Shown: in pieces, positions 55,449-64,000 of the stretch
How the letters are laid out: each line of letters begins with the position of its first letter
How positions within the stretch are numbered: position 1 is the stretch's first letter
Assembly (NCBI GenBank): GCA_963757765.1
Contig: CAVWSL010000013.1
Coordinates: 65,302-129,301, forward strand
DNA from: an uncultured Chloroflexia bacterium
Lineage (GTDB): Bacteria > Chloroflexota > Limnocylindria > Limnocylindrales > CSP1-4
Length of the DNA: 64,000 bases
Direction of reading: 5' to 3'
Notes under the pieces: generated by a model
The model's input: only the letters and a program-made list of their open reading frames with translations
The model's database searches: none
What the model was told of the DNA's origin: nothing
Translations under genes and position numbers: made by a program

Positions 55449-56654
55449 ATGGCCGCGCGGGGTGGCGTGACGGTCGAGCGCCTCGAGGAGCTGGCCACAG
55501 CTGGCATCCTGTCCCGTGACGCCGAAGGCAGGTTCCGCGAGCGCGAGCTCACGGCGCTCCGGTACGCCGAGGCATTCGAGGCGTCTGGCACACCCCTGAG
55601 CGCCCTCGGGGAGGCCGCCCGACGGGGACTCCTCTACTTCGACACGCTGGAGCTGCTGTACGAGGCGGTGCCCCATGTCGACACGACGCTCACCACGCTC
55701 GCCGACCGACTGGCCGTGCCGGTGGCGACGCTGGAGGGCGTCCTCGCCGCGCTCGGTCTGCCAGCCCCCGCGCCGGCGACCCCGCTGCGCGGCGACGACG
55801 CGGAGCTCCTGGAGCTGTTGGTCGCGACGTGGCTCCGCGGCCCCATCTGGGGGTCCTCCGCGTGGCTCAGCCGCGCGGCGCTCGGCTATGGCGCCGCCAT
55901 CCGCCACCTGGTCCGGTTCGAGTACGACGCCTATCTCGAGGCGCAGCCGTCGGCCCGTGACCAGGCGGTCCTGGACAGGGACGAGCGACGTCGGATCTCG
56001 ACCCAGGACGGCGAGGCGCTCCGGCTCGCCGCACGGGTGACGAACCTGCTGCATGCGCGCCTGATGGAGCAGGCGATCGCCGAGACCTCCGTCGAGGTGA
56101 CGGAGGGCTTCCTGGCCTCACGCGGTCTCGTGGCCCGGACCGGGCATGGCCGTTCCCCCACCGTCGCCTTCGTCGATGTGTCCGGCTATACCGCGCTGTC
56201 GCTCGAGCACGGTGACGAGCGGGCAGCGACGCTGGCGGCCCGTTTCGCCGAGCTGGTACAGCTCCTCGCGCAGGCGGGTGGTGGTCGACTCGTCAAGCTC
56301 CTTGGGGACGGTGCGCTGCTCCTGTTCCACGACCCGACCAGCGCGGTGTCGACCACGGCTGGGATCTTCGCCAGTGCACGTGCAGCTGGCCTGCCCGACC
56401 TCCATGCAGGTATCCACACCGGCCCCATCATCGAGCGCGATGGGGATGTCTTCGGACGGACCGTCAACCTGGCCGCCCGCATCGCGGGTCGAGCGGCCGT
56501 CGGGGAGCTGCTGGTGACCACCGACCTCGCGGCGCTCCTTGACCCGGGGACGTGGCAGCTCGAGGCGGTGGGCGAGGCGATGCTCAAGGGCATCGCCGAA
56601 CCCGTCGCGCTCCTGCGGGTCGTCCTCCCGCCTGCGGGCGCGCCCCGACCCTAG
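55449..56654 (+). CDS. Class III adenylate/guanylate cyclase with an N-terminal helical (MerR-like?) extension
   Basis: Cyclase core: VAFVDVSGYT, VKLLGDGALLLF, GIHTGP and GRTVNLAARI. 401 aa. Confidence 0.8.
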   Translation: MAARGGVTVERLEELATAGILSRDAEGRFRERELTALRYAEAFEASGTPLSALGEAARRGLLYFDTLELLYEAVPHVDTTLTTLADRLAVPVATLEGVLAALGLPAPAPATPLRGDDAELLELLVATWLRGPIWGSSAWLSRAALGYGAAIRHLVRFEYDAYLEAQPSARDQAVLDRDERRRISTQDGEALRLAARVTNLLHARLMEQAIAETSVEVTEGFLASRGLVARTGHGRSPTVAFVDVSGYTALSLEHGDERAATLAARFAELVQLLAQAGGGRLVKLLGDGALLLFHDPTSAVSTTAGIFASARAAGLPDLHAGIHTGPIIERDGDVFGRTVNLAARIAGRAAVGELLVTTDLAALLDPGTWQLEAVGEAMLKGIAEPVALLRVVLPPAGAPRP

Positions 56655-57409
56655 GCCACCATCCGGTCGAAGGCACGACCACCCACCCAGAGGCCGATGG
56701 CGGCGAGGGCAGCCATCAGCACCACGCCCGGGATGACGCTGGGGTCCGCGAACTGGCCGTTGAACAAGGCCCGGGCCGCGTCCACCGCGTGCGACAGCGG
56801 GTTGACCGATGCGAGCGTCTTGAGCCAGTCTGGTGCCAGCGTCAGCGGCAGCAGCACACCCGAGAGCAGCAGCAGCGGCAGGGTGACGGTCATGAGCAGC
56901 GGTGCCAGGGCGTCCTCGCTCCGGAGCTTGAGCGCCAGCGCATACGAGATCGAGGCCATGAGCAGGCCCATGAGCGTCAGCAGTCCGAGCACGACCACGA
57001 GTCCCTCGATGCTCACGGTCAGACCGAACGGGATCGCGACAAGGACGAGCAACACCGCCTGTGCGGCCAGGATGGCCACGTCCCGGAGCGCCCGGCCGAG
57101 CAGCAGCGACAGGCGGCTCGTGGGTGTCACGCGCATCCGCTCGATGACACCCTCGCGCATCTCATCGATGAGTCCGAAGCCGACGAATGCCGCGCCGAAC
57201 AACCCGAGCTGGATGATGAGTCCGGGCACGAACAGGTTGAACGCCGACGATCCGGTCATGCCCGGGCCGGCCAGCGACTTGAGCAGTGGGGCGAACAGGA
57301 CGAGGTAGAGGATGGGCTGGGTGAGCCCGACCACGACCCAGACGGGGTTGTGCAGGGTGAGCCAGGCGGCTCGCTGGAACTGGAGCCAGGTGTCACGGAT
57401 GAGCTGCAT
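56651..57409 (-). CDS. ABC-2 type transporter permease
   Basis: 252 aa from MQLIRDTW (ATG at 57409, AGGA upstream). Six hydrophobic segments, DrrB-like layout. Confidence 0.85.
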   Translation of the reverse strand: MQLIRDTWLQFQRAAWLTLHNPVWVVVGLTQPILYLVLFAPLLKSLAGPGMTGSSAFNLFVPGLIIQLGLFGAAFVGFGLIDEMREGVIERMRVTPTSRLSLLLGRALRDVAILAAQAVLLVLVAIPFGLTVSIEGLVVVLGLLTLMGLLMASISYALALKLRSEDALAPLLMTVTLPLLLLSGVLLPLTLAPDWLKTLASVNPLSHAVDAARALFNGQFADPSVIPGVVLMAALAAIGLWVGGRAFDRMVA

Positions 57410-57464
57410 GGGAGGTCCTTCCTGATGCTCGTCGGTTGGGGGGCGTAGGGAGAGGTGGCGTCGC

Positions 57465-58469
57465 TCAGGCGGCGTCGCGCAGCGAGCGACCGGTCTGGCG
57501 CAGGAACACGTCATCCAGCGACGGGCGATGGAGCGACAGTGCCTGGGGCGCCAGGCCTTGTGCATCGAGGAGCCGGAGGATCGCGGGCAGCGCGACCTCG
57601 CCGTGGTCCACATAGGCGCGCACCTTGCCGTCCGCGACGTTCGCCTCACGCACGAACGACTGGTCCTCGACGAGTCGCAGCACGTCATCGGAGCGGTCGT
57701 CGACACCGATGGTCACGACGTCACCCGCGATCTGGCGCTTGAGGGCATCGGGTGTGCCTTCGACCACGATGCGGCCGTGGTCGATGATGGCCAGCCGGTC
57801 ACAGAGGGCGTCCGCCTCGTCGAGGTAGTGGGTCGTCAGGAACACGGTCGTGCCGCCGTCCCGGAGGGAGGCGATCTCGCGCCACATCCCGGCGCGGGCC
57901 TGGGGGTCGAGACCCGTGGTCGGCTCATCGAGGAACAGCAGCGACGGTCGATGCGTGATGCCCAGGCCGACGTCCAGGCGTCGGCGCATGCCGCCGGAGT
58001 AGGTGCCCGTCGTCCGGTCCGCGGCCTCCACGAGGTCGAGATGCTCGAGCACCTCCGTGGCGCGCGCCTGGGCGTCCCGGGCGTTCATGCCGTACATCCG
58101 GCCCTGCATCACGAGCTCGCCCCGCCCGGTCATGCCCTTGGCGCTCGAGGATCCCTGCGCCACATATCCGATGCGACGGCGCACCTCGGACGACTGCACG
58201 CGCAGGTCGAGGCCGCAGATGCGCGCTTCCCCTGCGGTCGGTGCGAGCAGTGTCACGAGCATCCGCAAGGTCGTCGTCTTGCCCGCCCCATTGGGTCCCA
58301 GGAAGCCGAACACCTGCCCGGTCTCGACCCGCAGGTCGACCCCACGGACGGCCTCCACCGTGGTATCGCCCTTGCCGAAGCTCTTGCGTAGGCCCTGCGT
58401 CTCGATGATCGCGGTCACGGCGAACGTCCTTTCTGCCATCATGGCCCCATGCGGCGCGTTATTCATCAC
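57465..58469 (-). CDS. ABC transporter ATP-binding protein (DrrA-like)
   Basis: Contains GFLGPNGAGKTTT (Walker A), YSGGMRRRL (signature) and LLFLDEPTTGLD (Walker B). The start is uncertain; candidates lie between 58469 and about 58415. Confidence 0.9.
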   Translation of the reverse strand: MMNNAPHGAMMAERTFAVTAIIETQGLRKSFGKGDTTVEAVRGVDLRVETGQVFGFLGPNGAGKTTTLRMLVTLLAPTAGEARICGLDLRVQSSEVRRRIGYVAQGSSSAKGMTGRGELVMQGRMYGMNARDAQARATEVLEHLDLVEAADRTTGTYSGGMRRRLDVGLGITHRPSLLFLDEPTTGLDPQARAGMWREIASLRDGGTTVFLTTHYLDEADALCDRLAIIDHGRIVVEGTPDALKRQIAGDVVTIGVDDRSDDVLRLVEDQSFVREANVADGKVRAYVDHGEVALPAILRLLDAQGLAPQALSLHRPSLDDVFLRQTGRSLRDAA

Positions 58470-58476
58470 GCCAATC

Positions 58477-58491
58477 TCTTAGTTGCTAAGA
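58477..58491. promoter_or_regulatory. Palindromic candidate MarR operator in the ABC/MarR divergent region
   Basis: TCTTAG-TTG-CTAAGA in an AT-rich 32-bp intergenic gap. TAAGAT (58487-58492) ends 9 nt before the MarR ATG, consistent with a leaderless-type -10. Confidence 0.45.
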
Positions 58492-58501
58492 TATCGGCAA
58501 T

Positions 58502-59662
58502 ATGAACGATCAGCCCGACCCTGTCAACCCCACCTCGAGCCCTCTTCGTGACGACTTCGTCCGGCTGACCGAACGAGCCGCCTTGTTCCAGGAGGCGGCC
58601 GCGGAACGTCTCGGACTCAACGTGACGGACTTGCGCTGTCTCGCGCTGGCATATGCCGAGCCGGGCATGACGGCCAGTCGCCTCGCGGAGTCGAGCGGCC
58701 TGACGAGCGGCGCCATCACCGGGGTGCTCGACCGATTGGAGCAGGCGGACCTCGTGCGCCGCGAGGCGGATCCGGCCGATCGCCGCCGGACGCTGATACG
58801 GGGTGTGCCCGGTCGGGAGCACGACTTCCGGGAGACCTACGACTCCATCGAGGCTGCCATCTCGCGGGTGCGGAGCACGCTCGACGACCGACAGCAGGCC
58901 GGGTTGGACGCGTTCATCGCGGGTGCTTCGGATGCCTTCCAGCAGGAGACAGCCCGGCTTCGGGCACAGACGCGTGGCGGGATGGTCGACGAGATGTTCA
59001 CCGCGCCGATGGGGGACATCGACGCCGGGCGCCTGGTCTTCGCCTCGGGCGCACCCCGGATCTCCCTGCGCGCAGCGCCGCTGGGTCCCACCGCGGATGC
59101 CCGGATGGTCGCGGAGCTGGCTCATTCGACGCTCCGCCTCACGACGGGTGCACATCCCGGCGAGCTGTGTCGGGCGACCTTCTCGGGCCCTGTCCCGGAC
59201 ATCAAGGCCAACCGGGAAGGCACCGTGGCGGTCCGGTATCGCAGCCGGCTGGACTGGCGAGCTCGCCAGGCGAGCCTTGGGCTGAGCGTGGATGTGCCCT
59301 GGACCATCGAGATCAGCGGCGGCTTATCGGGCTTGTCGGGTGATCTGCGTGGGCTGCGCCTGCGGGCGTTCGACCTGCGAGGTGGCGTGGACGAGCTGGA
59401 GCTGGACCTGCCGGCGCCCGACGGCACCAGCCGCATCCACGTGTCCGGCAGCCCCGCGAACGTGACGCTCCTCCATCCCCGGGGTTCCGCGATGCGAGCG
59501 ACCGTCAAGGGTGGCATCCATGAGCTGCGCTTCGGCGCCAAACACATGCGCGACGTCCACGGTGAGCTGCGCCTGGAGACACCCGGGGCCGGTGCGGCAC
59601 CCGACCGCTACGAGGTGGAGATCACGGGCGGCGTCCGCTTCCTGAAGATCACACCCGCCTGA
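58502..59662 (+). CDS. MarR-family HTH regulator fused to a ~240-aa beta-rich C-terminal domain
   Basis: MarR wHTH: LNVTDLRCLALAYAEPGMTASRLAESSGLTSGAITGVLDRLEQADLVRREADPADRRR. The C-terminal half has repeated short strands (ISGGLSGLSGDLRGLRLRAFDLRGGVDELELDLP...VSGSPANVTLLHP). Confidence 0.75.
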   Translation: MNDQPDPVNPTSSPLRDDFVRLTERAALFQEAAAERLGLNVTDLRCLALAYAEPGMTASRLAESSGLTSGAITGVLDRLEQADLVRREADPADRRRTLIRGVPGREHDFRETYDSIEAAISRVRSTLDDRQQAGLDAFIAGASDAFQQETARLRAQTRGGMVDEMFTAPMGDIDAGRLVFASGAPRISLRAAPLGPTADARMVAELAHSTLRLTTGAHPGELCRATFSGPVPDIKANREGTVAVRYRSRLDWRARQASLGLSVDVPWTIEISGGLSGLSGDLRGLRLRAFDLRGGVDELELDLPAPDGTSRIHVSGSPANVTLLHPRGSAMRATVKGGIHELRFGAKHMRDVHGELRLETPGAGAAPDRYEVEITGGVRFLKITPA

Positions 59663-59711
59663 GGCCGGCAGTCGCCACCGGCCCGTCCCGGGCCACCGTA
59701 CCAGCCACGTT

Positions 59712-60098
59712 GTGCCCCGCATCCGCGCCTGCCACGATGAACGGGTGTCCCAGACCGTCCTGATCGTCGACGATCACCCGGAGTTCCGGCGGTCGGCGCG
59801 AGCGCTGCTCGAGGACGAGGGTTTCATCGTCGCGGGCGAGGCTCGCGACGGGCAGGAGGCGGTGAGTCTCGCCACGCGGCTGCGGCCCGACATCGTCCTG
59901 CTGGACATCCAGCTGCCCGACCTGGACGGCTTCGAGGTCGCCGAGCGACTCGCCGCGAGCGCCTCGCCACCGACGGTGGTGCTCATCTCCAGCCGTTCCG
60001 CTGCGTCCTTCGGGTCCCGGCTCGATGACGCGGTGGCGCGAGGCTTCATCCCGAAGAGCCACTTGTCCGGGGCGGCACTGACGGCACTGGTGGGGTGA
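59712..60098 (+). CDS. Single-domain response regulator (receiver only)
   Basis: Contains VLIVDDHPEFR, DIVLLDIQLPDLDG (phospho-acceptor Asp) and ISS...K. About 128 aa, ending without any HTH output domain. Confidence 0.8.
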   Translation: MPRIRACHDERVSQTVLIVDDHPEFRRSARALLEDEGFIVAGEARDGQEAVSLATRLRPDIVLLDIQLPDLDGFEVAERLAASASPPTVVLISSRSAASFGSRLDDAVARGFIPKSHLSGAALTALVG

Positions 60099-61816
60099 CC
60101 GAGCGCCGGCCTCCGTACCTGCTGGTCGGGTTCGCGCTGCTCGTCATCGCCGCGGGGTTGGTGGCGACCTGGGGCCGATACGGACCGTCGAACATACCCA
60201 GCGGAGTGCCGGCCTTGCTGGCCGGCTGGGCCATCGCAGGCAGCGGGCTCGTGGCCTGGGCGCGAGTGCCGGCGAGTCGGGTGGGTCCCCTGCTCGCCGC
60301 GGCCGGCCTCGCGACCTTCCTGACCGACTTCTCGAGCTGCCTGAGCATCGTCCCCATCTCGCCACGTTGTCTCCAGACGGGGGCACTCAGCCCGCTCGCT
60401 CGGCAGCTCCAGTTCGTGTGGACCGGATTCTTCGCGCACGCCTTGATCGCCTATCCCTCCGGCCGAGCCGTGACGCGACTCGATCGGGGCGCCATCTTCG
60501 TCGCGTACGTCACGGCAGTACTCCCGTTCCTGTGGCAGGCCGATGCCGTGCCACTCCTGCTGCCGGTGCTGCTCGCGGTGATCACCGCGGCCGGCTGGGC
60601 GGCGGTGGATCGGCGTGCGCAGGCAGCGCGCCGGCCGACCGTCCTCGCGACCTGCGGGATGGCGCTTGCGATGGCGGCCATCTATCTTGTGGCGCTGGCA
60701 CTCCCTCGGGCCGGGTCCGGTGGGCTGTCCGAGGCGCTCTCGGGCAGCCTGGGTGTCGCGGACCCCATGTCGGTGCTGGAGCTGCTGGCGGCGATAGCGG
60801 CGCTCTGGTCGTCCGCCGGTCTGCTCGCCACGTCCCGCGACCGCTCCATGATGGCGGATCTCGTCATCGATCTTGGTGATGCGAACCACGGTGGGGTGAG
60901 TGATGCCCTCGCCCGGGCGCTGGGCGACAGCACGCTGCAGGTCGGGTTCCAGTCGGACGCGGCGGGCGGATTCGTCGACGACGCGGGGCGTCCGCTCGAA
61001 GTGCCGCCGATGGGATCCACGACGCGCACCGTGGTCACCCTCCAACGGGATGGCCGCCCGGTCGCGGTACTCATCCACGACCCGGTCGTGGCCAGCGATC
61101 CGGCGCTTCGCAACGCCCTGGCGGCAGCCACTCGTCTGACAGAGGCGAACGCCGCGCTGCAGGGCGAGGCCCGAGATCAGCTGGACGAGGTCCTCTCGTC
61201 CCGGCGCAGGCTGCTGGATGCCGGTGTCGCCGAGCGACGCGAGCTCGAGCAGCGGCTCCATGACGGCCCCGAGCGGCACCTTGACCTGCTCACCACCGAG
61301 CTCATCGGTGCCAGGACGACGGTGGATAGCCCAGGCGTGATCACGTCCCGCCTGGACCGCGCCATCGAGCAGCTGGCCGAGACCCGGATCGAGGTCCGGG
61401 AGCTAGCCCGTGGGTTGCATCCGCGCGTCCTCGAAGAGCGGGGGTTGCGTGGCGCTCTCACCGAGCTTGCCGATCGGGCTCCGGTCCCGGTCGAGCTGGC
61501 GATGGACATGGACGGAGACCCCGACACCGGCATCGGAGCCACGATCTACTTCCTGACGAGCGAGGCGCTGGCCAACGTGGCCAAGTACGCATCAGTATCC
61601 AGCGTGCGCGTCACGCTGGAACGGTCAGGAGATGGCATTCGGCTCGTCATCACGGACGATGGGCCAGGCGGAGCGGATCCGACGGCCGGCAGCGGGCTCC
61701 GCGGCCTGGCCGATCGGGTCGAGGCACTTGGCGGATCGTTCGAGATCGACAGCCGGCCCGGGCAGGGGACACGCCTCGCCGCCACGATCCCATCGGGCGG
61801 CGAGGCGCACGGCTGA
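60095..61816 (+). CDS. Membrane sensor histidine kinase, HisKA_3 (NarL/LiaS-type) class
   Basis: Multi-TM N-terminal half. Also contains RRELEQRLHDGPERHL (H-box), EALANVAKYA and GLRGLADRVEALGGSFEIDSRPGQGTRL. GTGA overlap with the RR gene. Confidence 0.85.
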   Translation: MTERRPPYLLVGFALLVIAAGLVATWGRYGPSNIPSGVPALLAGWAIAGSGLVAWARVPASRVGPLLAAAGLATFLTDFSSCLSIVPISPRCLQTGALSPLARQLQFVWTGFFAHALIAYPSGRAVTRLDRGAIFVAYVTAVLPFLWQADAVPLLLPVLLAVITAAGWAAVDRRAQAARRPTVLATCGMALAMAAIYLVALALPRAGSGGLSEALSGSLGVADPMSVLELLAAIAALWSSAGLLATSRDRSMMADLVIDLGDANHGGVSDALARALGDSTLQVGFQSDAAGGFVDDAGRPLEVPPMGSTTRTVVTLQRDGRPVAVLIHDPVVASDPALRNALAAATRLTEANAALQGEARDQLDEVLSSRRRLLDAGVAERRELEQRLHDGPERHLDLLTTELIGARTTVDSPGVITSRLDRAIEQLAETRIEVRELARGLHPRVLEERGLRGALTELADRAPVPVELAMDMDGDPDTGIGATIYFLTSEALANVAKYASVSSVRVTLERSGDGIRLVITDDGPGGADPTAGSGLRGLADRVEALGGSFEIDSRPGQGTRLAATIPSGGEAHG

Positions 61817-61832
61817 GATCCGACCTGAGCGG

Positions 61833-63305
61833 TTACTCGATCTTCTTCCAGGCTCGCTCCCACCAGGCCTGAGCCAGCGACATGTCGTTCGACGGGATCG
61901 GGATGCCGTTGTACGGACTCACCGCAACGACCACGAACCGGAGCTCGTCGTTCTCAAGGGTCCACGTAACGTCGTTGATGTCGGGGCCGCATGGGGAGGT
62001 CCATGTGAAGCGCACGACGGCGCCCTGTACCGAGTAGGAGAGTGTGCAATCAGGCGGGACCCCGTTGCTATCGGTCGCGACGCCGTCCTTCAGGGCAAAG
62101 GTCGTGGTGCCGGCATTCCCGTATGCCCAGTTGGCCGGCGCGCCCTTGGCCATCAGCTCGTCAGCGGTGATCACGGCCCGGTACACGCCATTCGGCGGTA
62201 GCTGCGCCACGGGTCCGGTCGCGGGCGCCGCGGTGATGGCGGCGGCGGGCGGATGCTCACAGGCTGCCGCGCTCGGGCCGGCGGTGGTGGCTGCCTTCAG
62301 ATCCTGAATGTCGGCGATGAGCTGCTTCGTCAGAGGATCCTGCTCCAGGCCCGCGTACAGCGGCTGTGTCGCCGCCTCGAAGGCTGCGACCTGAGCGTCG
62401 CTTGCGAGCACGATGTGACCGCCGTCGGCACACCAACCAGCTCCGGCATCCGCATCGTTCTGGTGTGCGCCGATGGCGTCCTCCTGGGCGATCGCAACGG
62501 CCTGCCGAAGATTCGCCTGCTGTTGGTCGGTCAGGCGCCCGTAGGCCGCGTCATCGATGACGAGGACGTCGTACCGGGGGAAGAACGTCACGTTTCCCGT
62601 AGCCGTAAGCCGGCCCGGATCGTACCGACGATGACCAAAGCCGCTCTCGACGCCGTCCAGACCGCAATCGTCGTTCGATCCCGTGGGTGTGTCGTTCGGT
62701 TCGGCGCCCAGGGCACGCAGCATGTCGAACGTGGCCTGCGACGTGAAGGCGCCGATGGTCTTTCCAGCCAGGTCGGTGGGTGACAGGAACGGTGCCACGT
62801 GGCAGTCATCAAAGGCGAATGGGTGCCGCAGGTCCTGGGGATAGAGGCCCAGCCCCACCACCCCAGCGGACCCCATGCCGTCGAGCATGCGTTGGCCGAT
62901 GTCAGTGCCGGCGACGGCCGTCGCCAGGGCGTCGCTGGTGATGAGGAACGGCGCCTGGAGCGCCTGCAGGCTCGTGACGCCCTTGGCGTCCCAGGTGCGC
63001 GTCGGCAGCAGCCCCATCTCGAGGTCGCCATCGATCACTCGCTGGGCGACCACCTGGTACTTGTCACCAGGGCTGTCGTGATTGGCGTTGAATTCGGGCT
63101 CGATGGTGATGCTGTCCGACAGCTTGGCGACCTGCTCGACGAGGTCGGCGACGACCCCGGGGACGACGACGTCGCCCGGACCGTCGCCGAGGCCAAGGCG
63201 GAGGGTGACGTGTGGGTCGGCCGCCTGTGTTGACGTGCCGACGCCTGCCGTCGCGAGGATGACGCTGCCCGCCAGCGTGGCGAGCACCCGGCTCCTGTGG
63301 TGCAT
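61833..63305 (-). CDS. Secreted solute-binding-like protein (TRAP DctP-like N-terminal half plus an extra C-terminal domain)
   Basis: 490 aa from MHHRSRVLATLAGSVILATAGVGTSTQA (signal peptide, GGAGG RBS). DGDLEMGLLPTRTWDAKGVTSLQALQAPFLI resembles DctP-type binding proteins. The family call is tentative. Confidence 0.55.
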   Translation of the reverse strand: MHHRSRVLATLAGSVILATAGVGTSTQAADPHVTLRLGLGDGPGDVVVPGVVADLVEQVAKLSDSITIEPEFNANHDSPGDKYQVVAQRVIDGDLEMGLLPTRTWDAKGVTSLQALQAPFLITSDALATAVAGTDIGQRMLDGMGSAGVVGLGLYPQDLRHPFAFDDCHVAPFLSPTDLAGKTIGAFTSQATFDMLRALGAEPNDTPTGSNDDCGLDGVESGFGHRRYDPGRLTATGNVTFFPRYDVLVIDDAAYGRLTDQQQANLRQAVAIAQEDAIGAHQNDADAGAGWCADGGHIVLASDAQVAAFEAATQPLYAGLEQDPLTKQLIADIQDLKAATTAGPSAAACEHPPAAAITAAPATGPVAQLPPNGVYRAVITADELMAKGAPANWAYGNAGTTTFALKDGVATDSNGVPPDCTLSYSVQGAVVRFTWTSPCGPDINDVTWTLENDELRFVVVAVSPYNGIPIPSNDMSLAQAWWERAWKKIE

Positions 63306-63389
63306 CTCTGGACCTCCTGTTCGTTGGGGTGGACCGATGCACCGAACGTAGGCAGCACCCGACCTCCCCACAACGCGGTGGGTACGGCG

Positions 63390-64000
63390 ATGATGCGCCC
63401 GGGACACCGTACTGGCCACGTGATCGCGCGCCGGAGCCGCTGCCAGAATGCGCTCGTGGCTCGCCTCCGAGGGCTGCCCTTGACCGCGTCGATCGTCCAC
63501 GTGACGGTGCCGATGGCCGCGCTGGGCTATGCCCTGGCCGTGGTGGTCGTTGCGCAGGGTGGACCGGTGAGGATCACCAGCTACGCCCAGATGGGACCGC
63601 CGTACGCCCTGCTCGATCGGGGCGCCGGTCTCGCCTTGATCGTGGTCGGCGTGTATGCCTGGTTCGGTTGGCCCCGGTCCCGCGTCGGGGGTCTCGCGAT
63701 ACTCTGTGGGGCGGCGTGGTTCGGGCCGGATTGGCTCGGTGCCGTCGGTGCGCCGGACGTCGTGCGCAGCGTGAGCCTGCTGATGACACCCTTCCTGGTG
63801 CCGCTCACGGCGGACCTGGTGGTGACCGCCACGGACCGCCGTGGCGCGGGACCCGGCGGTCGACGGCTGATCGTGCTGCTGTATGGGGTCACGGCGGTCC
63901 TCACGGTCGCTCGCGTCGTCACGTACGTCCCATTCGACGAGCGGTACTGCTGGGCGATCTGCACCCAGACTGGCAACATCTTTGCTATTGGCGGTGGCAA
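63390..64000 (+). CDS. 5' part of a multi-TM protein resembling the N-terminal sensor region of the 60095-61816 kinase (runs off the window)
   Basis: My own translation is open from ATG 63390 (or GTG 63501) to the window end: ...AALGYALAVVVVAQ...GLALIVVGVYAWFGWPRSRVGGLAILCGAAWFGPDW.... This pattern parallels GLVAWARVPASRVGPLLAAAGLATFLTDF in the kinase. It is not in the ORF track because no stop is reached. Confidence 0.45.
   Translation, partial: MMRPGHRTGHVIARRSRCQNALVARLRGLPLTASIVHVTVPMAALGYALAVVVVAQGGPVRITSYAQMGPPYALLDRGAGLALIVVGVYAWFGWPRSRVGGLAILCGAAWFGPDWLGAVGAPDVVRSVSLLMTPFLVPLTADLVVTATDRRGAGPGGRRLIVLLYGVTAVLTVARVVTYVPFDERYCWAICTQTGNIFAIGGG

Noticed and set aside
59774-61279. 501-aa ORF on the minus strand
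   Set aside because: It is antisense to the response regulator and histidine kinase genes, which have clear REC, H-box and HATPase motifs.

Overview
This is a roughly 70% GC, gene-dense bacterial chromosomal segment with an Actinobacteria- or Chloroflexi-like style: many 4-nt start/stop overlaps, GTG/TTG starts and apparently leaderless promoters. I saw no rRNA, CRISPR array, transposase or integrase.

Most of the window is housekeeping:
- an ECF sigma/anti-sigma pair, a GH10 enzyme and tRNA-Ser(UGA)
- greA, class-I lysRS and serS
- argR, uppP, a K+-independent H+-pyrophosphatase, an M16 peptidase and ndk
- the CoA/pantothenate cluster coaX-coaBC-panB-panC
- a GntR / BadF-type kinase / GH4 sugar module, plus ilvE and gdh
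- TetR/MFS and MarR/ABC-2 efflux modules
- a B12-domain/meaB/GNAT/3-hydroxyacyl-CoA dehydrogenase operon and an adenylate cyclase
- a HisKA_3 two-component system

The largest unit is a fully translationally coupled 9-kb aromatic supraoperon (DAH7PS-CM, aroA, aroC, aroE, aroK-aroB fusion, aroQ, trpE, trpG).

The items most worth follow-up:
1. A promoter, a 9-codon MTQHFWFYA leader ORF and a U-tract terminator sit immediately upstream of the aromatic operon. This looks like a Phe/Trp/Tyr-sensing attenuator.
2. A 720-aa protein carries an N-terminal LQRxxGNxAV motif and a snapalysin-like HExxHxxGxPDEY zinc motif. It is translationally coupled to a 233-aa unknown and sits just after trpG. This is a candidate toxin/protease plus immunity/inhibitor pair.
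3. An XRE-HTH / PD-(D/E)xK-like fusion gene is bracketed by two ~178-bp, ~85% identical non-coding direct repeats, with tandem GC-rich repeats nearby.
4. Several genes are disrupted: greA (frameshift), an ECF sigma, a LacI remnant, an MmyB/AKR deletion scar and a frameshifted secreted protein. These reflect either real decay or assembly indels.

All family calls come from reading motifs by eye. No searches were run.
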